A stretch of DNA of 64,000 nt from Oculina patagonica. Taxonomy: Eukaryota. A program made the position numbers and the translations under genes. Each line of letters starts with the position of its first letter. Within the stretch, counting starts at the first letter, position 1. The stretch is taken from the NCBI RefSeq assembly GCF_052425735.1, contig NC_135759.1:37386001-37450000 (forward strand), read 5' to 3'. Below are positions 13,258 to 27,200 of the stretch, one piece after another. Below the pieces are notes generated by a model, which saw only the letters and a program-made list of their open reading frames with translations, did no database searches and was not told where the DNA came from.

Positions 13258-14007
13258 GGCCCGGGTCGCACTTGAGACAAACATTTGAAATGTTGCAAGA
13301 TGTTGAGGACAATGTTTGTCTCGGAACTTGTCCGAGACAATTTAAATTGTTGTATTTAGGTTCGCACTTGGACACACAAAATTACCCGTCACTTGATACT
13401 GTGTTAATTTTGCAGCAAAAATAACATTCAAAAGGGAGAGACAAACCGGTCGCATTAAATCAAATCAACACAAATTTTTGTTTCTACCTTCTTAATGGGA
13501 GCGTTCATAACGATGTCGAAGCTCATATAAATGAAAGCATGCTGCCGTATAAAGCGGAAAATTTGATGAGCAAATTGCTGTGCATCATGATTCAGACTGC
13601 GGCTACAAAACAGTTGCCCTAGCCTATACCGATCTTTCCTTTTATTTGAATTATCTTGGCGAGGTTTTTTTTCCCCAAATAATGGAAATGTTCGGTCGAA
13701 AACTGCTTGAATTCGTATTCATCAGACTAGACAGTAAAAATATGTGAAGCGAACAATTTTTTAAGGATCACTGAACTGATTGATACTTTTGTCACAAGAA
13801 AAACAATTTTTGTTCGTTGTTCATAAAAAGTCCTGCGTTAAGGCAGGATGACGGCTTTTTTGAAGATTTGTTTCTGTGGACAAGTTTTTGTCCGCGTAGG
13901 GACAAGTAGGTCGCACTTGGCGTGGTCAACGGATGACAGGAATCTGACAATTTTTTTGGGTTTCAAAATAAACTTGTCCTGATTTTGTCCCAAGTGCAAC
14001 CTGGGCC
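13258..14007. mobile_element. PIF/Harbinger-like MITE
   Basis: TIR GGCCCGGGTCGCACTTGAGACAA / TTGTCCCAAGTGCAACCTGGGCC, TTA TSD and internal GGTCGCACTTG repeats. Confidence 0.8.
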
Positions 14008-14785
14008 TTAGTATAAGGTCAGATCCATGAATCACTTTATTTATAGGTTGGTTAATTAATTACTTAAATAAAGGTGCATACAATGTGAGTCAAGGCATAT
14101 TATGTGCATCACCAATCTTCACTTCTGTCAAGATTCAAATGGTTGTGATTAATTTTATGGATATAATTTTCACACACACATTGTTCCAGAACTGTTTTTC
14201 ACACATGACGATTCCATGATGATCTTCCATTCACTATTTTCACCGTTCCCATACACCTTGTTTACCCCCACTTGGGATTTGCAATGACCTGCAGTCATCC
14301 CAAGAGAAATTAAAAACAATGCTTATGCAAAGATTTTTTTTGGTAAACAAGTTGTATCATGGGATTGTGAAAAAGTGAATAAAATTATATAATTATACAG
14401 AAAATTATTCGGACTGTAGAAAATAATGATTTAGATGAAGCGGGAACAAGTACGTGGGATATTTAATCAAGGATTATATCCAGTTGTCATCTTATAGGAT
14501 GGGGGGGGGGGAGGGGGGGCAGTTAAATGTATTATTAAAAAACCATGATGTTAGGAAATTCCAATAATATGTAAAATTAAGCATGTTTACTAAGACTCAT
14601 CCAATCCAATGGAATGGCTACCAATTAAAATAATAGAATTCAGAAGCGATGACCAACTCTTGAGTAGCATATTTCTTACTTTGTCACAGCGTATAATGAT
14701 GTTACTGTACTCATCACCAATGGTGTCTTTTCTTTGAAATTTGCAGGCTTAACAATTTTGCCCAGTTCATCTTATTTGAGTTAAT

Positions 14786-17700
14786 ATGGCAGAAAATGGT
14801 ATGTGCCCAGTAAAAATATTTTGGTGCAGTTCACATAACATTTAATAGTTTATCAGATATCCAGTAAAGTTTAGACTTAAAATTACTGTTTTTGCCATTT
14901 TTTCAAACTCTATTCTAAGTTCTTTGTTCTGGCTTGTGCCAGGTAATTATTCAGGGGGACATATCCATGGAGGTTTTTGGTGTTGGGGCGTTCCCATTTT
15001 TTTAGTGCAGAATGCACTATTGTGATGGTTTGTTGGGGCTGTCGTCGGCTAAACCCCTAATGCCCTAAACCCCTAAAGCGCAATGGTGTAAACTTTAATA
15101 GTCAATTAATTAATTAATATCAATTAATTAATTATTCCTTGTGAAGGGGGTGGGGGTGGGGAGCACCTGACCGTACCCCTAGGTAAAACCTGGAGCACAT
15201 CTACGTTACTTTCATATGAAGATCTCAAACGTATATATTTGTTTCAGAAAACCCTTTGCTCTCCTTGTGGTACTACTCAACGTAATGTACACCAAACGCA
15301 TGCGCAGATTAGTCTACGTTGTTTTCTGGAACTATCATGAACATCACTTGTATTGCGTGTTTGCGGTAGGCTTCCTGCAGACTTCTTGGCGCCAAGTAAA
15401 AACCGCAAATTAATTAAATTAGATTTTGAGACTTTCACAGTGCTTTCGTAATTATGTATGCAAAAACTTGCACCGGGATTTTCGGCGTGAACACCTGATA
15501 ACCAGGAAACAAATATCCTAGCTGTACTGCGTTTTAAAAAACCTGTCGAAAAATATGTTTTTTGATTAGATTTGTTTCTATTGTTTTTGAGAATCGTCTT
15601 TCGTGCAGTCTAAACCGTAACTTAATTAAATTAAACAAATGTCATCGATGCCGCTGTAAAACAAACAAAAAACAAAAGTTTCATGTTATCGCATTTTCAA
15701 GGAAGACAAAAGTATTTTGTTACAAACGAACAAAAGTGTTGTGTTACGTTTGCAAAGATTAGCGTAAGGAACACCTGGGAAAGAATACAAGTAGCCTGTG
15801 AACAGTTTTTCCGAAAGTAAAATAAAGCAAATAAACACGAACATATATAAAACATCATACTTTCAATTGTTCCATATTGCATTCTGCACTTACCAAATCA
15901 TCAAGATTTTTATGCGGTGTTGTGGTAAATAAAATCCCATTTTGAGGTGTTGTGATGATCTCAAACCCCACGTGCGATGTTTGTGTTTTTAAACCTATGG
16001 TGTTCAGTGAAACAAATATTTTTAGCGGGGTTACGAGACTTAACATAGCTCTTATATCCGTCCTTGTTTGTTAAAAGAACGTAATGTGTTAATTTGTAAC
16101 AAAATACAGTAAAATATTGTCTAGTTAATCATTAATACAGTCCGTTTCTAGCTGCCAATACCTAGTCATTTTAATTGAAAAGTAACTTGACTATAATTAT
16201 TACGATGACAGTTTTTCATCAAATTTTCCTGCGGTGATGTGGTGTTTGTGTAAATATTGTTTTGTGGTGTTCAGGGTCCCCCCCATGTCCCCCTCAGTAT
16301 AGTAGTATAGGAATTTGTTGTAGAGTCATAAAATTAATAAATTTTTGTCCAACGCTACATGGAACTTTTCTCTCCAGAAGTGGGTTGGGCTTTAGCCTAT
16401 ATGTTTTTCCATCTGAAAGATATAAGGTCTTATTTTATATATTATTTTACCAGTTAACATTTCTACATCGTTCTTGTTTCTATAAGTTTTTAAATTATAT
16501 ACTGTGTAGTTTTAGGCACATTCACTAAGTTACATGTCTGCAAGGATAAGGATTGTTTTGCAAAATGCACCTGCAAACCTATTCTGTATATAAATTTTAA
16601 ATCAATACTCTCTCCCTAGATTCCAAGCCTCCTCCGTATGCACCCCCAGCGTACCCTGGTCCTGGAGATGCATCTGCTCAGTACCCTCCCCCAGGGCAAG
16701 GTTTTGGCTGGCAGCAACCACCAACAGCCTACCCAGGACCACAACAACCCTATGCTGGTGCCCCACCAGTGACACACCCCCCAGCCCTGGGGGGTGCTAC
16801 ACCAGACAAGTCAGCTGGTTACCCAGTTCAGCCTGGTTACCCTGGACAACCTCCTAATTACCAAGCTGGTTATCCTGCACAGCCTGGTTACCAAGGATAC
16901 CCAGCTTATCAAGGTTATCCGGGTTATCAAACTGGCCCGATGACAACACAGACTAACTCTGTCACAGTAGTGGTGAGTTGGAGTAGTGTTCTTGTCTTTT
17001 GCTTGTTTGTTTGAAAATCTTCTATTTTTAAAGAGTTTTTCAGACCTGGAATATGAACTGTTAGTAATAATTAACGTTTTAATACAATAACAGGGTTCGT
17101 ATGGGTCATGGAAAACCTGGAAAGTCATGGAATTTTAGAATTTCATTTTCCAGGCCTTGAAAGTCATGAAATTTATGTTTGGGTCATGGAAAGTCTGAAA
17201 TGGAAAATGGAACTGATTGTACAAAATAAATTAGGCAGGTTATTTTTGTAAAGAAAGGGTTAAAAGTACCCGAAATCAAGATTATTATTGAAAATTTCCA
17301 AGAAATATGGTCAGATCTAGGTCATGGAAAACTTTGAAAAGTCATGGAAAAGGTCATGGAAAAATTCTCAAAAGAGTACGAACCCTGAATAAAGCTGATT
17401 TCTAGTCAGTACTGTACAGTTTTGGGGTTTGTTGTCATTTTTTTTTAATTGGTTGATTCATTATACTTCAGTAATAGTGTACATGAAGTTTTTTAGTCCG
17501 CCATTATGGGTTGTTTTGTTCAGGAATGCTCAATAAGCTGAAGCATCGGTTGGAGTAGCCTCCGGGTTTTTCTAGTCATTATTTTTTGTTTACATGTATG
17601 TGTAAATTGCAAGTTATTTTTCATTGTTTTATTCTGCAGGGAGGTGTTGGACCCAGTGTTATTTTGGCTCCACAGATAGCTCCTCCTGATTACTGTGGGC

Positions 17701-18624
17701 TGGCCTGGTTTGCTTGCCTCTTCTGTTTCTGGCCTGTAGGAATTTGTGCCATTCTAAAATCTAATGAGGTGAGAGAGACAGAGAGAGATAAGAAATACAG
17801 TAAAGCATGCTGTATAATATCCAAGGTTATTGTAAGCAGTAGTTAAACGTGTTGTTTTGGTTAATCCAGCCTATGTGTATGACTGCACTAAGACAGCCAA
17901 CAGTAGGAGTGATGAATGGTACAGTACATTCAAGACTTAGTGAGACAGCGAGACCAATATCGTTAAAGTGAACCTTAGACTTTCTTAGCCTTGCAAAAGA
18001 AATTGAGAATCTGAGAAAGCTTTGCAAAAGAAATTAAGACAGCTAAGCCTGTGTAAATTGACTAAAATTTTGTCAGACATGTATTTTTAATTTAAAAATT
18101 TTGTTCCACATCCCCAAGATGAACCCTAGCTGAACATTATATACACATGTTTAACTAAAATAAAAGGGGGTGTCACAGGTCATGAAAACATTTCAATGTC
18201 AGTGAAAAGTCAAGAAATTTTGTGTCTGGTCAGACAAATTTTAAGTCTTCTTGTCAAGGGCACTATCGGTTTTGATAACAATCCTCTTATAAAATATATA
18301 AGTGATCAATAATTAATTGACAAAGTTAAAATCCTTCCAGTCAAATTTAAATTTTTGTATTTCAACTGTTGACTCTGGAGTTCAAACAAAACTGTGATAA
18401 GAATAACAGCTTAGCATTAGCCTGTTCCAGACTGAAAATAATAAAGTGTGAATTGTCTTTGTTTTTGCCTGCAGACCCGTCATGCCATTAACCGCGGAGA
18501 CTTGATCACTGCCAATCAACTGAGTATGGAGACAAGGAAGTTGGCAAACATGACAATCGGCATTGGAATCACCATCATCGTTGTTTGCATCATTATCCGT
18601 TTTGCACTCATTGCAGTTTACTAA
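14786..18624 (+). CDS. CD225/dispanin family (IFITM/PRRT1-like) proline-rich transmembrane protein, 214 aa
   Basis: Coding exons are 14786-14798, 16620-16972, 17640-17768 and 18475-18624, all GT-AG and in phase. The N-terminus is P/Y/G/Q-rich. It is followed by the CD225 signature PPDYCGLAWFACLFCFWPVGICAILKSNETRHAINRGDLITANQLSMETRKLA and a C-terminal TM helix. A possible upstream non-coding exon ends at the donor near 12501 (g|gtaagt). Confidence 0.9.
17091..17387. mobile_element. hAT-like MITE with 5-bp TSD
   Basis: TIR CAGGGTTCGTA, TSD AATAA and internal GTCATGGAA repeats. Confidence 0.8.
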
Positions 18625-18996
18625 CAATGTTGTGGTGTTTTCCATGTTTATGTGCCTCAAATTTTCACTTGAAATAATTTGGGGTTTTCACGATTCATCA
18701 AACTTATGTTTGATGGATAGCTGCAAAAAAAACATTTTCCATTTTGAGACATGTAAAATGGAAAGCTACCACTACATTTCTTTGATTCATCTCTTTTGCA
18801 CTAGAAACTACATGTAGTTGTATACTTGCCATGGATTAATTTAGTAGAGCTGTCATCAAAAATGCTGTTTTGTGCAAATATGGTACAAGTATAAGTGAAA
18901 CAACAGTAACTTGAAGTCCCCTGTTTCTCTTTAATGTTTGTGTATACTCACTTTTGTTTGACTGACTGCAGGTGGATCTTTGTTTACATCTTTTAA

Positions 18997-19148
18997 GGTG
19001 GATTTCCACTGACGCGTAATTTTTTACGTGCGTGAAAAAATAGAGACAATGTATGAACGACTTGCGTACACGTTTACGTAAGTCGTTCATACATTGTCTC
19101 TAAATTTTCACACGCACGTAAAAATTTACGCGTCAGTGGAAATCCACC
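18997..19148. repeat. 152-bp near-perfect palindromic MITE downstream of the dispanin stop codon
   Basis: GGTGGATTTCCACTGACGCGTAA...TTACGCGTCAGTGGAAATCCACC, with arms that pair almost to the centre. Confidence 0.9.
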
Positions 19149-19598
19149 ATTACAGTATTAGGTGTGCTACACACACATTCAAGAATACTTAACTTTTAAA
19201 CTTAAAACATAGCATTCTAAATGCAACATTTTTGGTAAGGTTCCACGTCTTCCACCCCTACTTACCGGTAATTCTCTTTTCGATTATGATCTTTGTTTAG
19301 TGAGTGCTATTTTGTATTATTTTTTCCTAATTAAGCCAGATGTAAACAATGATGTCACAAAACATCCACCAATACAGTAATAATTATGATTTGCACGTTA
19401 CACAGACTGCAGTGGTCAGTTTGTGTAACTAGAAAGTAAGTTGCAGAACACACCTCAACTAACTGGACATTAGTTGTAGTAATTACCAATTTATTAAGCT
19501 GACACTGTAATGTAGGTAGAAGTGTCTTCATTGGCTGTATGATTCTGGCAGAACAAAATGCAAGTAATCGACTGCAAAGCGATCACTTTTTCCTTTCT

Positions 19599-19670
19599 GG
19601 CCTTGTAGCTCAGTGGTAGAGCAACGGAAAGTTAACTCCGAGGTCGTGGGTTCAATTCCCACCGAGGTCA
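19599..19670 (+). pseudogene. tRNA-like sequence (SINE head or tRNA pseudogene)
   Basis: The acceptor, D (GCTC/GAGC) and T (GTGGG-TTCAATT-CCCAC) arms are intact. The anticodon arm is irregular (CGGA-aagttaac-TCCG). Confidence 0.65.
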
Positions 19671-21275
19671 AAGGGGTTTAATCCCTCGTAAAAATTTGGA
19701 GGGTTCAAAAATTGTTTGGAGAGAGCTCCAAGCACCAATTTGTTTTGTTGCGGTTGTTTTACAGTCCATACAAGCAAAATGTGTAATATTCTAGCCATCA
19801 CAGACTGTACAGGTGCCTTTGTGCATTTGTGCTGTGTTCTGCCCATGGATTTGTTGTAATTAAACGTGAAGCCCCCTTAAGGAGGGCTGTTTCAGTAGTA
19901 TTAGAAAGTATTGTTAGAAGAAAAACACTTACTTATAGATAGTTATAAACATTTACACTCTTATGAAGTTGTAAGTATAGGCACAGGTTGGATGTTGGAT
20001 TTTAACAAAGTTGGCTTTTAAAACAATTCATTTGTCCTTACAAAAATGTAATGGCTAATTTATCAGCAGAATCCATGCCAATGTATGACTTGTTGTAAAA
20101 TGAGAAGTAAGGTATCTAGCAAGGTCCTAGGTTGAACGTATCTGTGCTTGTATATTGAAGCATTTGTAATAAATTAACGTAAAGCATCATTTGCAACTGT
20201 GTATTTTATTGTGGAGGGGTGTTGTCAACGCGTTACACTCAAGTTATCACTGATATCTTCAGTCAAGTTTTATTTGCAACCAAACTACAAAACAAGAAGA
20301 AATAACAGGACACAGCCTGATAGTAGATTAGAAGGTCAATCTTGTTACTTTTTTCTGCCATTGTTAAAAAAATATGTTGCTTTCGCACCTTGACATTACA
20401 ACAAAAAAATACTTGTTGAGGCTAATGGATTGTACCCCACCTACGCTGGTATCTTCTGTATTGGAGGTGAGAAATGCATTATCAAGGGTCCAAAAAGAGA
20501 AATACTGTGTTGAAAATACCAAGTGTAGCCACATTGTACATATCGGGGACAGAATTATAGAAAGGCCGAGAAAACTTGGAAGAAATTATGGGTTGTTAAA
20601 ATTAAAAAAATGTTTGTAATTAAGACCTGCAACTTTACAGCACTCTTAGTAAAATATGCTACGCTTCTCTACATCCACGAGTCTGCAGTATTACCTGCGA
20701 CATTATGTTACAGTGTTGCATATCTGATATTCCAGACCTGATGAGAAACTATCGCACGCTCTCTAAATGTGCAGCGGCTTTTTCAGCTTTGTAATCCTTC
20801 TAACATCCTCAAAGGTGTGGGGAAAATATTAAGTGATACTTAGTTCACAGTAAAATATCTTCAGCACAATGGGAACAAGCACCAGTTCAGAAAGTTCGTT
20901 TGACACAACTCTTAACTACGAGCTGGTTAACTTGAATCCTGTATTTTCAAAAAAAAAAAAAAACATGCAAGTTCTATACAAAATAGTCAAGTTGATAGAT
21001 TTTGGAGATGTATTTACCTGTAGTGCAAATGAAGCTACTAAACGAACGGCACTGTGACTGAAAATGATCTTTGCACTACGCAGATTTAAAAAGGGCAGTT
21101 TATTTACAAAACCGTCAGAAATTAGTTCAACTCCTCTTAATAGATAGCATAAAATAACTCAGACGTGTCTATTTTTGTGTTCTTTCTTCTGAAAAACAAC
21201 ACAGCGGATCGTTTCTCGATAAGCATCTGATCTCTGTCTGTGTAACAGTCACGGAGCTTCATGTGCAAACATTTT

Positions 21276-24200
21276 TCATGGCTGCCATAGTTTAAGCTGT
21301 CCGTCTTCACTGTATGTGGAGATCAGATTGTTGTGCGGGTGATGTTCAACGCCTATCACGTCTTTGTCGTGAACCTACATTTTCGAAAGGAAAAAAACAG
21401 TTAGTAATTATCGTAATTTTTCCTGGACAATTATGTCCAAGGGGGAAACGCGCAATGAGGTTAACCCTATGTGAAGCACCAACACGTGAAACAAGGCCAG
21501 ACCACGACACCGGGAACTCCGTGCCCTACTCTTTGCGATAAGTGTGTGGGTTCTTTAACGTCCCCTGTTGACCATATAACACTGAAGATGTAGGAGACGG
21601 GTCCCTACGGTTTATCGCCCTTTAATATCCGAGAAGACTAGAAAATCTAACCATTTGCAGAGGATATATTGCAAAGGCGGCACGTTTGTCATGTACCAGC
21701 GTTGCAGTTACATGTACTGTAAGGCAGGGCCCCTTGGAAAGCAAGCACGAAGGAGGAGGGTAGGGTCGGTTAAACAGAGCTGCCAAGGACAGACAGATGG
21801 ACACGCCAATCAACATTCAGGGTTTAAAAGAAGAAACAACTTCTAGAAGCCAAGAAATCTTTTTACATTTAACATGGAGAAACTATCAAAATGAGGTTTA
21901 AGTGCGTCCTTTGAAAACACGCTCACTCAAGGCCATACAGAAAATTTCAAAACGCAAAACGCTTTATCTCTAAAGCAACAAAGCGATAACAGCAACAGGA
22001 AACTTTTGGTAAGGGGATATTAGAAAAGTATGTTGCAGTGCTGTGCGCCGTAATGTTGCCACGTGACAAAGTTTTTGATGTAATATGTCAAAAATTTATC
22101 TTAAACTTCGTCAGAAGATAACAGCTTAGTTGACTACACAGTTTAGATTTTGTTTTTTTATGATGCCCGATGCAAAACATTTAATATATGGGAATTACCA
22201 CACATACCTGTAAGGACTGCTCTAGTTTTCCTGTCATGGTACTAAAACAGTACATGACCATGTCCTCCCCTACACAGTAAACCCATTCTCCCCTGGGGGA
22301 GAGGGTACAACACACAAAGTCGCCACCGTCTCTTTTACCACTGGTGAAGCTACGTACAATCTAAATAAAAGTAAACAAACGAAAAACAGTATTCATCATT
22401 AATGGATTTGACAAAATAAAGATGAGTAAAGATCGCATCAATAATCTACCATCATTAGAAGTGCTCTTGTTGCATTTGTGCTCCCGGGACCCTGTCCTGG
22501 GACAAAATCTATCTGGAGGTATGACTCGAGAGGTTCTAAATTCACCAGATAATTCGGTCAACTCTCGTTGATTTTACTTAGCAGGGTCGTAACCAGGTAT
22601 ATGGGATCAGGGATCACAGCCTTGGGATCGGGATCACAGCCTCGGGATCGGGATCCGGGTCACAAGTCATGGGATCTGGATCGGCCAATCAGATGGGATC
22701 AGAATGGAATCAGGGATCAACGTTGCCACATTTTGGGGATCAGGGATCAAAATTTAGAGCTAAAATTTGGGATCAGCGATGAAAAAATATACCTGGTTAC
22801 GACCCTGACTTAGCGCACTGCAACGGTTTAATAAATGGGCCAAATCAAAACAAGAACAAAGGCATCATGTAGGGAGGAGAGGGGGGGGGGGGGGGAAAAC
22901 ATGTTTATCGAAAAGGACTGCATCTCCCAAAAGACGATTCCTGACATGGTTTCGATCAGTTTCCAGTATATGTTGCCAAATTCTAAAGTACCAGAATTGC
23001 AAATTTACCACATGCTGAAGTAGCCATTCGCTAAATATATGTTGAAAGACAAACATGTATAATACATCTGACACATCAAGATAAGTACGGAAATAAGAAA
23101 GACGTCTCATTCGTTTTCCGAGATGAAAACGGCTATTTTCCGTATACAGTAGAACCTCGATATAACGAAGGGCCAAGGGACTGGCAAAATGCATTCGCTA
23201 TATCGAGGTTTCGTTATATCGAGGTTCTTTTCCATATATTTTGCTATTACTGGGACGAAAAATATCGTTCGTCATATTGAGGACTTCGTTATATAGAGGG
23301 GGGGTCCACTGTAATACATCACAGCAAGTTACACATATTCACCCTCCAAGCCGGATAAATTCAGCCATTTGCTTTTGCTGCGGGGTTTTTTTGTCCTTTG
23401 ATTTTATAATTGTTATTTTTCTTTTGTTGTTGTTGTTATCATTGTTTGTTGTTGCTGTTACTGTAACAGTCATAGTCCCTACCATTGCTGCAGCTACAGC
23501 TGTTATTGTTGTTGTAGCCTGTTCCTGGCGTTCGGTTAGTTGGGGACAACACGAAAAAAGGCGAGCAAATAACAAACCCCTCGCCATTATTTTCACTTGC
23601 CGTTCTTTGCGCTAATCCCGTTTTTTCGCGCTGCTCCTTAGCTAACCGTATGCCTGAAACAAGCTATTGTAAGTTGTAGTTGTTGTTTACTCTTACTAAC
23701 CTGTCCCTGCATGTTCATGACGAGTACAGTGCTTGTTCTGTTGCACACTACAAACTGTTCAGGATTCCTCGGCATTACGTGTACTGAGTTGACCGTGATG
23801 TCAGTCGCAACACTTCCCACTGATGGCTTGAACGTATGAAGACACTCGGTTGTTTTTATATTCCAAAGCTGACAACAAAAACATACATGTAAGCATAAAG
23901 TTACGAAGGGACTTCAAATAAAAGAGCCTACTGTAAATCCTAGAAACAAAAGTAGTGGGTGGGTGACTAAGCGCAAAAAGTAGTGGGTGACTAAGCGCAT
24001 TTTGAAAGCGGTAATCATTCTCAGCCAGGGAAACAAGTGGCGCGTTAGGGGCTCAGCCTGGCTTTCGCCATCAACTAGTACTTGTGCCCCCACCTTACTG
24101 TTCTACGGAGATGGCCGAAAGTGAAGGCTCAGAAGCAATCAAGGTTAGTCTTGTCACTATACGAGACGTGTCCTGAAAGGGGGAAAAAAAGCCCCCCGTG

Positions 24201-27200
24201 TTAAATAAAAACTAACGTATAGTAATTCTACCGCGATTTGAACAAGTCATAAGCACCTCATACCTTAACTGTTCCATCACTACTCGCACTGATGATGTTG
24301 TGAGCATCTGTGGTGAATATTGCATCATTAACAAACGATGTATGTCCACGGAATTCCTTTAACGTCTTTCCAGACTTCAGACCATGCATTCTACAAAAAA
24401 ACACATACAAGTGGTTTCAAAATAGATTGGCAAACGAAACAATTGCTTAGGTAAAAAGGTACACCAAGAAAATCGCCAGGAGATAGTTCTCTGTTTGCAA
24501 TGTCATGCACATAACCACCAAATAATAATGAATATTGTTTTAAGTCGTAAAGACCTGGGCTGGACTAGCTGGAATGAGGTGGAACAGCGAGCAAAAGACC
24601 GTGAAGGATGGAGGACGTTTCTGGGTAGCCTTATGCTCGAGTTAGAGGAGCGTAGAGGATGAGTGATTGTTTTAAGTGCACTTGAAACAAATAAGAAATG
24701 TCTCGAGAGAACCGAAACGCGTCATACGAGACGGTGGTAACTCACTTTTTTAGCTCAGTACTGTACACATAACATACACATAAGTTTTGCATACCCTGTA
24801 CTGCATGCATGTAGCTTCTTATACAGTGTACCCACCTTATTGTCATGTCAAATGAACCACTCAGAAGCTGGCTAGCATCACGAGAGAATGTTACACACGT
24901 TACTCCTTTGGCATGTGCCTTTTCAAACCGCCGCAAACATTGGCCAGTTTGTAACTTCCATACCTAAAAAATATTCGAAATTGTGAGCCCTTTTTGGATT
25001 GGCTCAAGGTGGTCCAAAAAAAGCCATCACCTACAGTATACACACTATTTGTAGCATTTCCGAAAAGTTTAGTTCAGACTGTTCCCACAACATGGATGGG
25101 CAGACAGCGAGACTGACACATATTTTAAAAGCAATATTGCTCCTGTACTCTTTTTAAGCAAGCCCTGAAGAATGTAGTTTTTAGCTAAATGTTTTATCCT
25201 ATGCCTTTTATTGTGAACTTTAATACTATACATTTTTTATCATGTAACTTTTTTAATTCTTAAACTATTTTTTAATCTTTTAATTTTAAATTTGAACTAT
25301 TATTTTGCAGGGCCTCACTGAATAACACCTTTGGTGATGTGAGCTCCCTGGGTAAAGAACATTATTATTATTATTATTATTTTATTGTAGAGGTGAACGG
25401 GCATTTGTCAGATTGCCAAATCAATTCGCCAGTTTAAGTCATTTATATCATTGATTTGTACGTATGAATGGGCAGAGAGAGCCACTGTGGAAGTAAAGTG
25501 CTTTATCCAAGACCGCACTAAAAGGCCCCATTATAAACTCTTGAGCACTGGGCACACCTGCCGTAGCCTCATGATCTGTACTTGGGAGTGCAGTTTACAA
25601 GGACCTGCCCTGTGCAACATTATGAGGACAAATTATTGCAGCACAGAGCTATACCTTTAACTTTCCATCCTGTCCTCCAGAAGCTAACATTTCACTGTCA
25701 CGACTAAACGTTAAACAAAGCACAGAGTCATCCATCATCATGAAGTTATCTTGAGCTTGGTATTTCAGATCCTTTCTGATCTTTCCTGTTGTGAAATTCC
25801 AGACCTCAATAAAGCCATCAACACTTCCAGTCACCAAGTACTGTCCATCAGGAGAAAACTTCACGCACTCAGGGTGAGACTTGGATCCAAACTGAGGGAG
25901 GAATATCATACATGATTGTATTAATATAACAAAATTATAAATAACATGCTTTGCTTTTATAAATAAACACGCAGTTGAATTCACTGTAAGACCATTTCTC
26001 ATAAGTGACAACCTCCCATACTGTAAGTGGCCAATTTTCCAAAAAAAAAAAAAAAATTCCCAGTTAAATCGCTTAAGTCAGAAACTCTAATAGCAACCAC
26101 CTCTCGTAAGTGACTGCGACTACTTTTTATTTATATATCAAAGAATGATGATGATGTCACAAGTGGAACAAAGAGCAAGGTTTGTCACGGTCGGTTTTGG
26201 TTGGCGCGGAGCCAACGGGCTAAAGAGGTTTTGGGAGATTACACATCCCTTGCAGGACAACAGAAGGGGTGTCGAATGGTAAATGCGAGACTTTGCGAGA
26301 CGGCGTGACTGGTATCTTTTCTGCGAGCCCGAGACCTTTCTAGCCTTGCAAAAGAAATCGAGACTCCAAGAAGGTGTCAAAGAAAAATTCGAGACGACGA
26401 GACCCCTGAAATTTGGCTAAAATTTTGCGAGACACACATTTTTTGAAGGACCATTCACCACCCCTAACAGGATGTTTCATCCTTTCAAGCTAACAGCTGG
26501 AGTGTCAGTGCATTAATTTTGTTTTTTATCTACAGTCTGGCAACAGCAGAGTACCGGTATATTTCACATGCATGTCAACACAGCTGTAATACCTTGATTG
26601 TTCTGTTCATTTGTGTAGGATATTTCTCCTCCTCTTCATCCTTCACTGCTGCTTTACCACGGAATACATCAATGGTAGTTCCCGGTGGGAGTAGACCCTG
26701 ATACTGCTGCCATTTGAGTGCCTGACTCAGCAGGGCCAGCAGACGAGATGGTGGTACTACTGACACCTCCCCTGATAGAGCTGAGAAAAAAGACCAAACT
26801 TAATCCTCCAAGAAGAGACAATCTCTTCTTTTTATTTATTTAAAAGCAAATATTATAGTGGAAAATTCCAATTCTGCAGAGCTGAAAAAATAATTGAGTG
26901 GTTCCAGAAAATGTCCACACTACCGGGCCACAGAAGGGATAAGAAATTCCTGCGGGTGGGAGGGGTCTCAAAGGCAAAAAAACGTTAAAGTGTATATGAC
27001 ATGAAAAATATTTTCTGCTAATTTGAAAGGCCTTTCGAAATACAGAAGAATGGCGTTTTTCTTTTCGAAATATCTTTTTTCGTTTCAGAGATATTGACGT
27101 TTTTGTATTATGCAAATTAGATGAGTGATGACGTCACAAGATTTGACTCTAAAAATGGTAAAATACTGAATAAACAATATCTCTAAAACTATTAAAGCAG

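Noticed and set aside
14952-16296. Possible 1.3-kb TIR element (AGGGGGACAT...ATGTCCCCCT) in a dispanin intron
   Set aside because: The inverted match is only about 10 bp and there is no convincing TSD.
19599-19670. Functional tRNA-Asn gene
   Set aside because: The anticodon stem-loop is non-canonical, so it is better explained as a SINE head or pseudogene.
20720-20760. CTGATGA-GAAA hammerhead-like core
   Set aside because: There is no stem II and no closing stems I/III. Other CTGATGA sites (about 3733, 50550, 61300) also lack the fold.
23241-23615. Hydrophobic 124-aa ORF
   Set aside because: It is a TTG/CTG low-complexity tract plus MITE sequence in an SMU1 intron.
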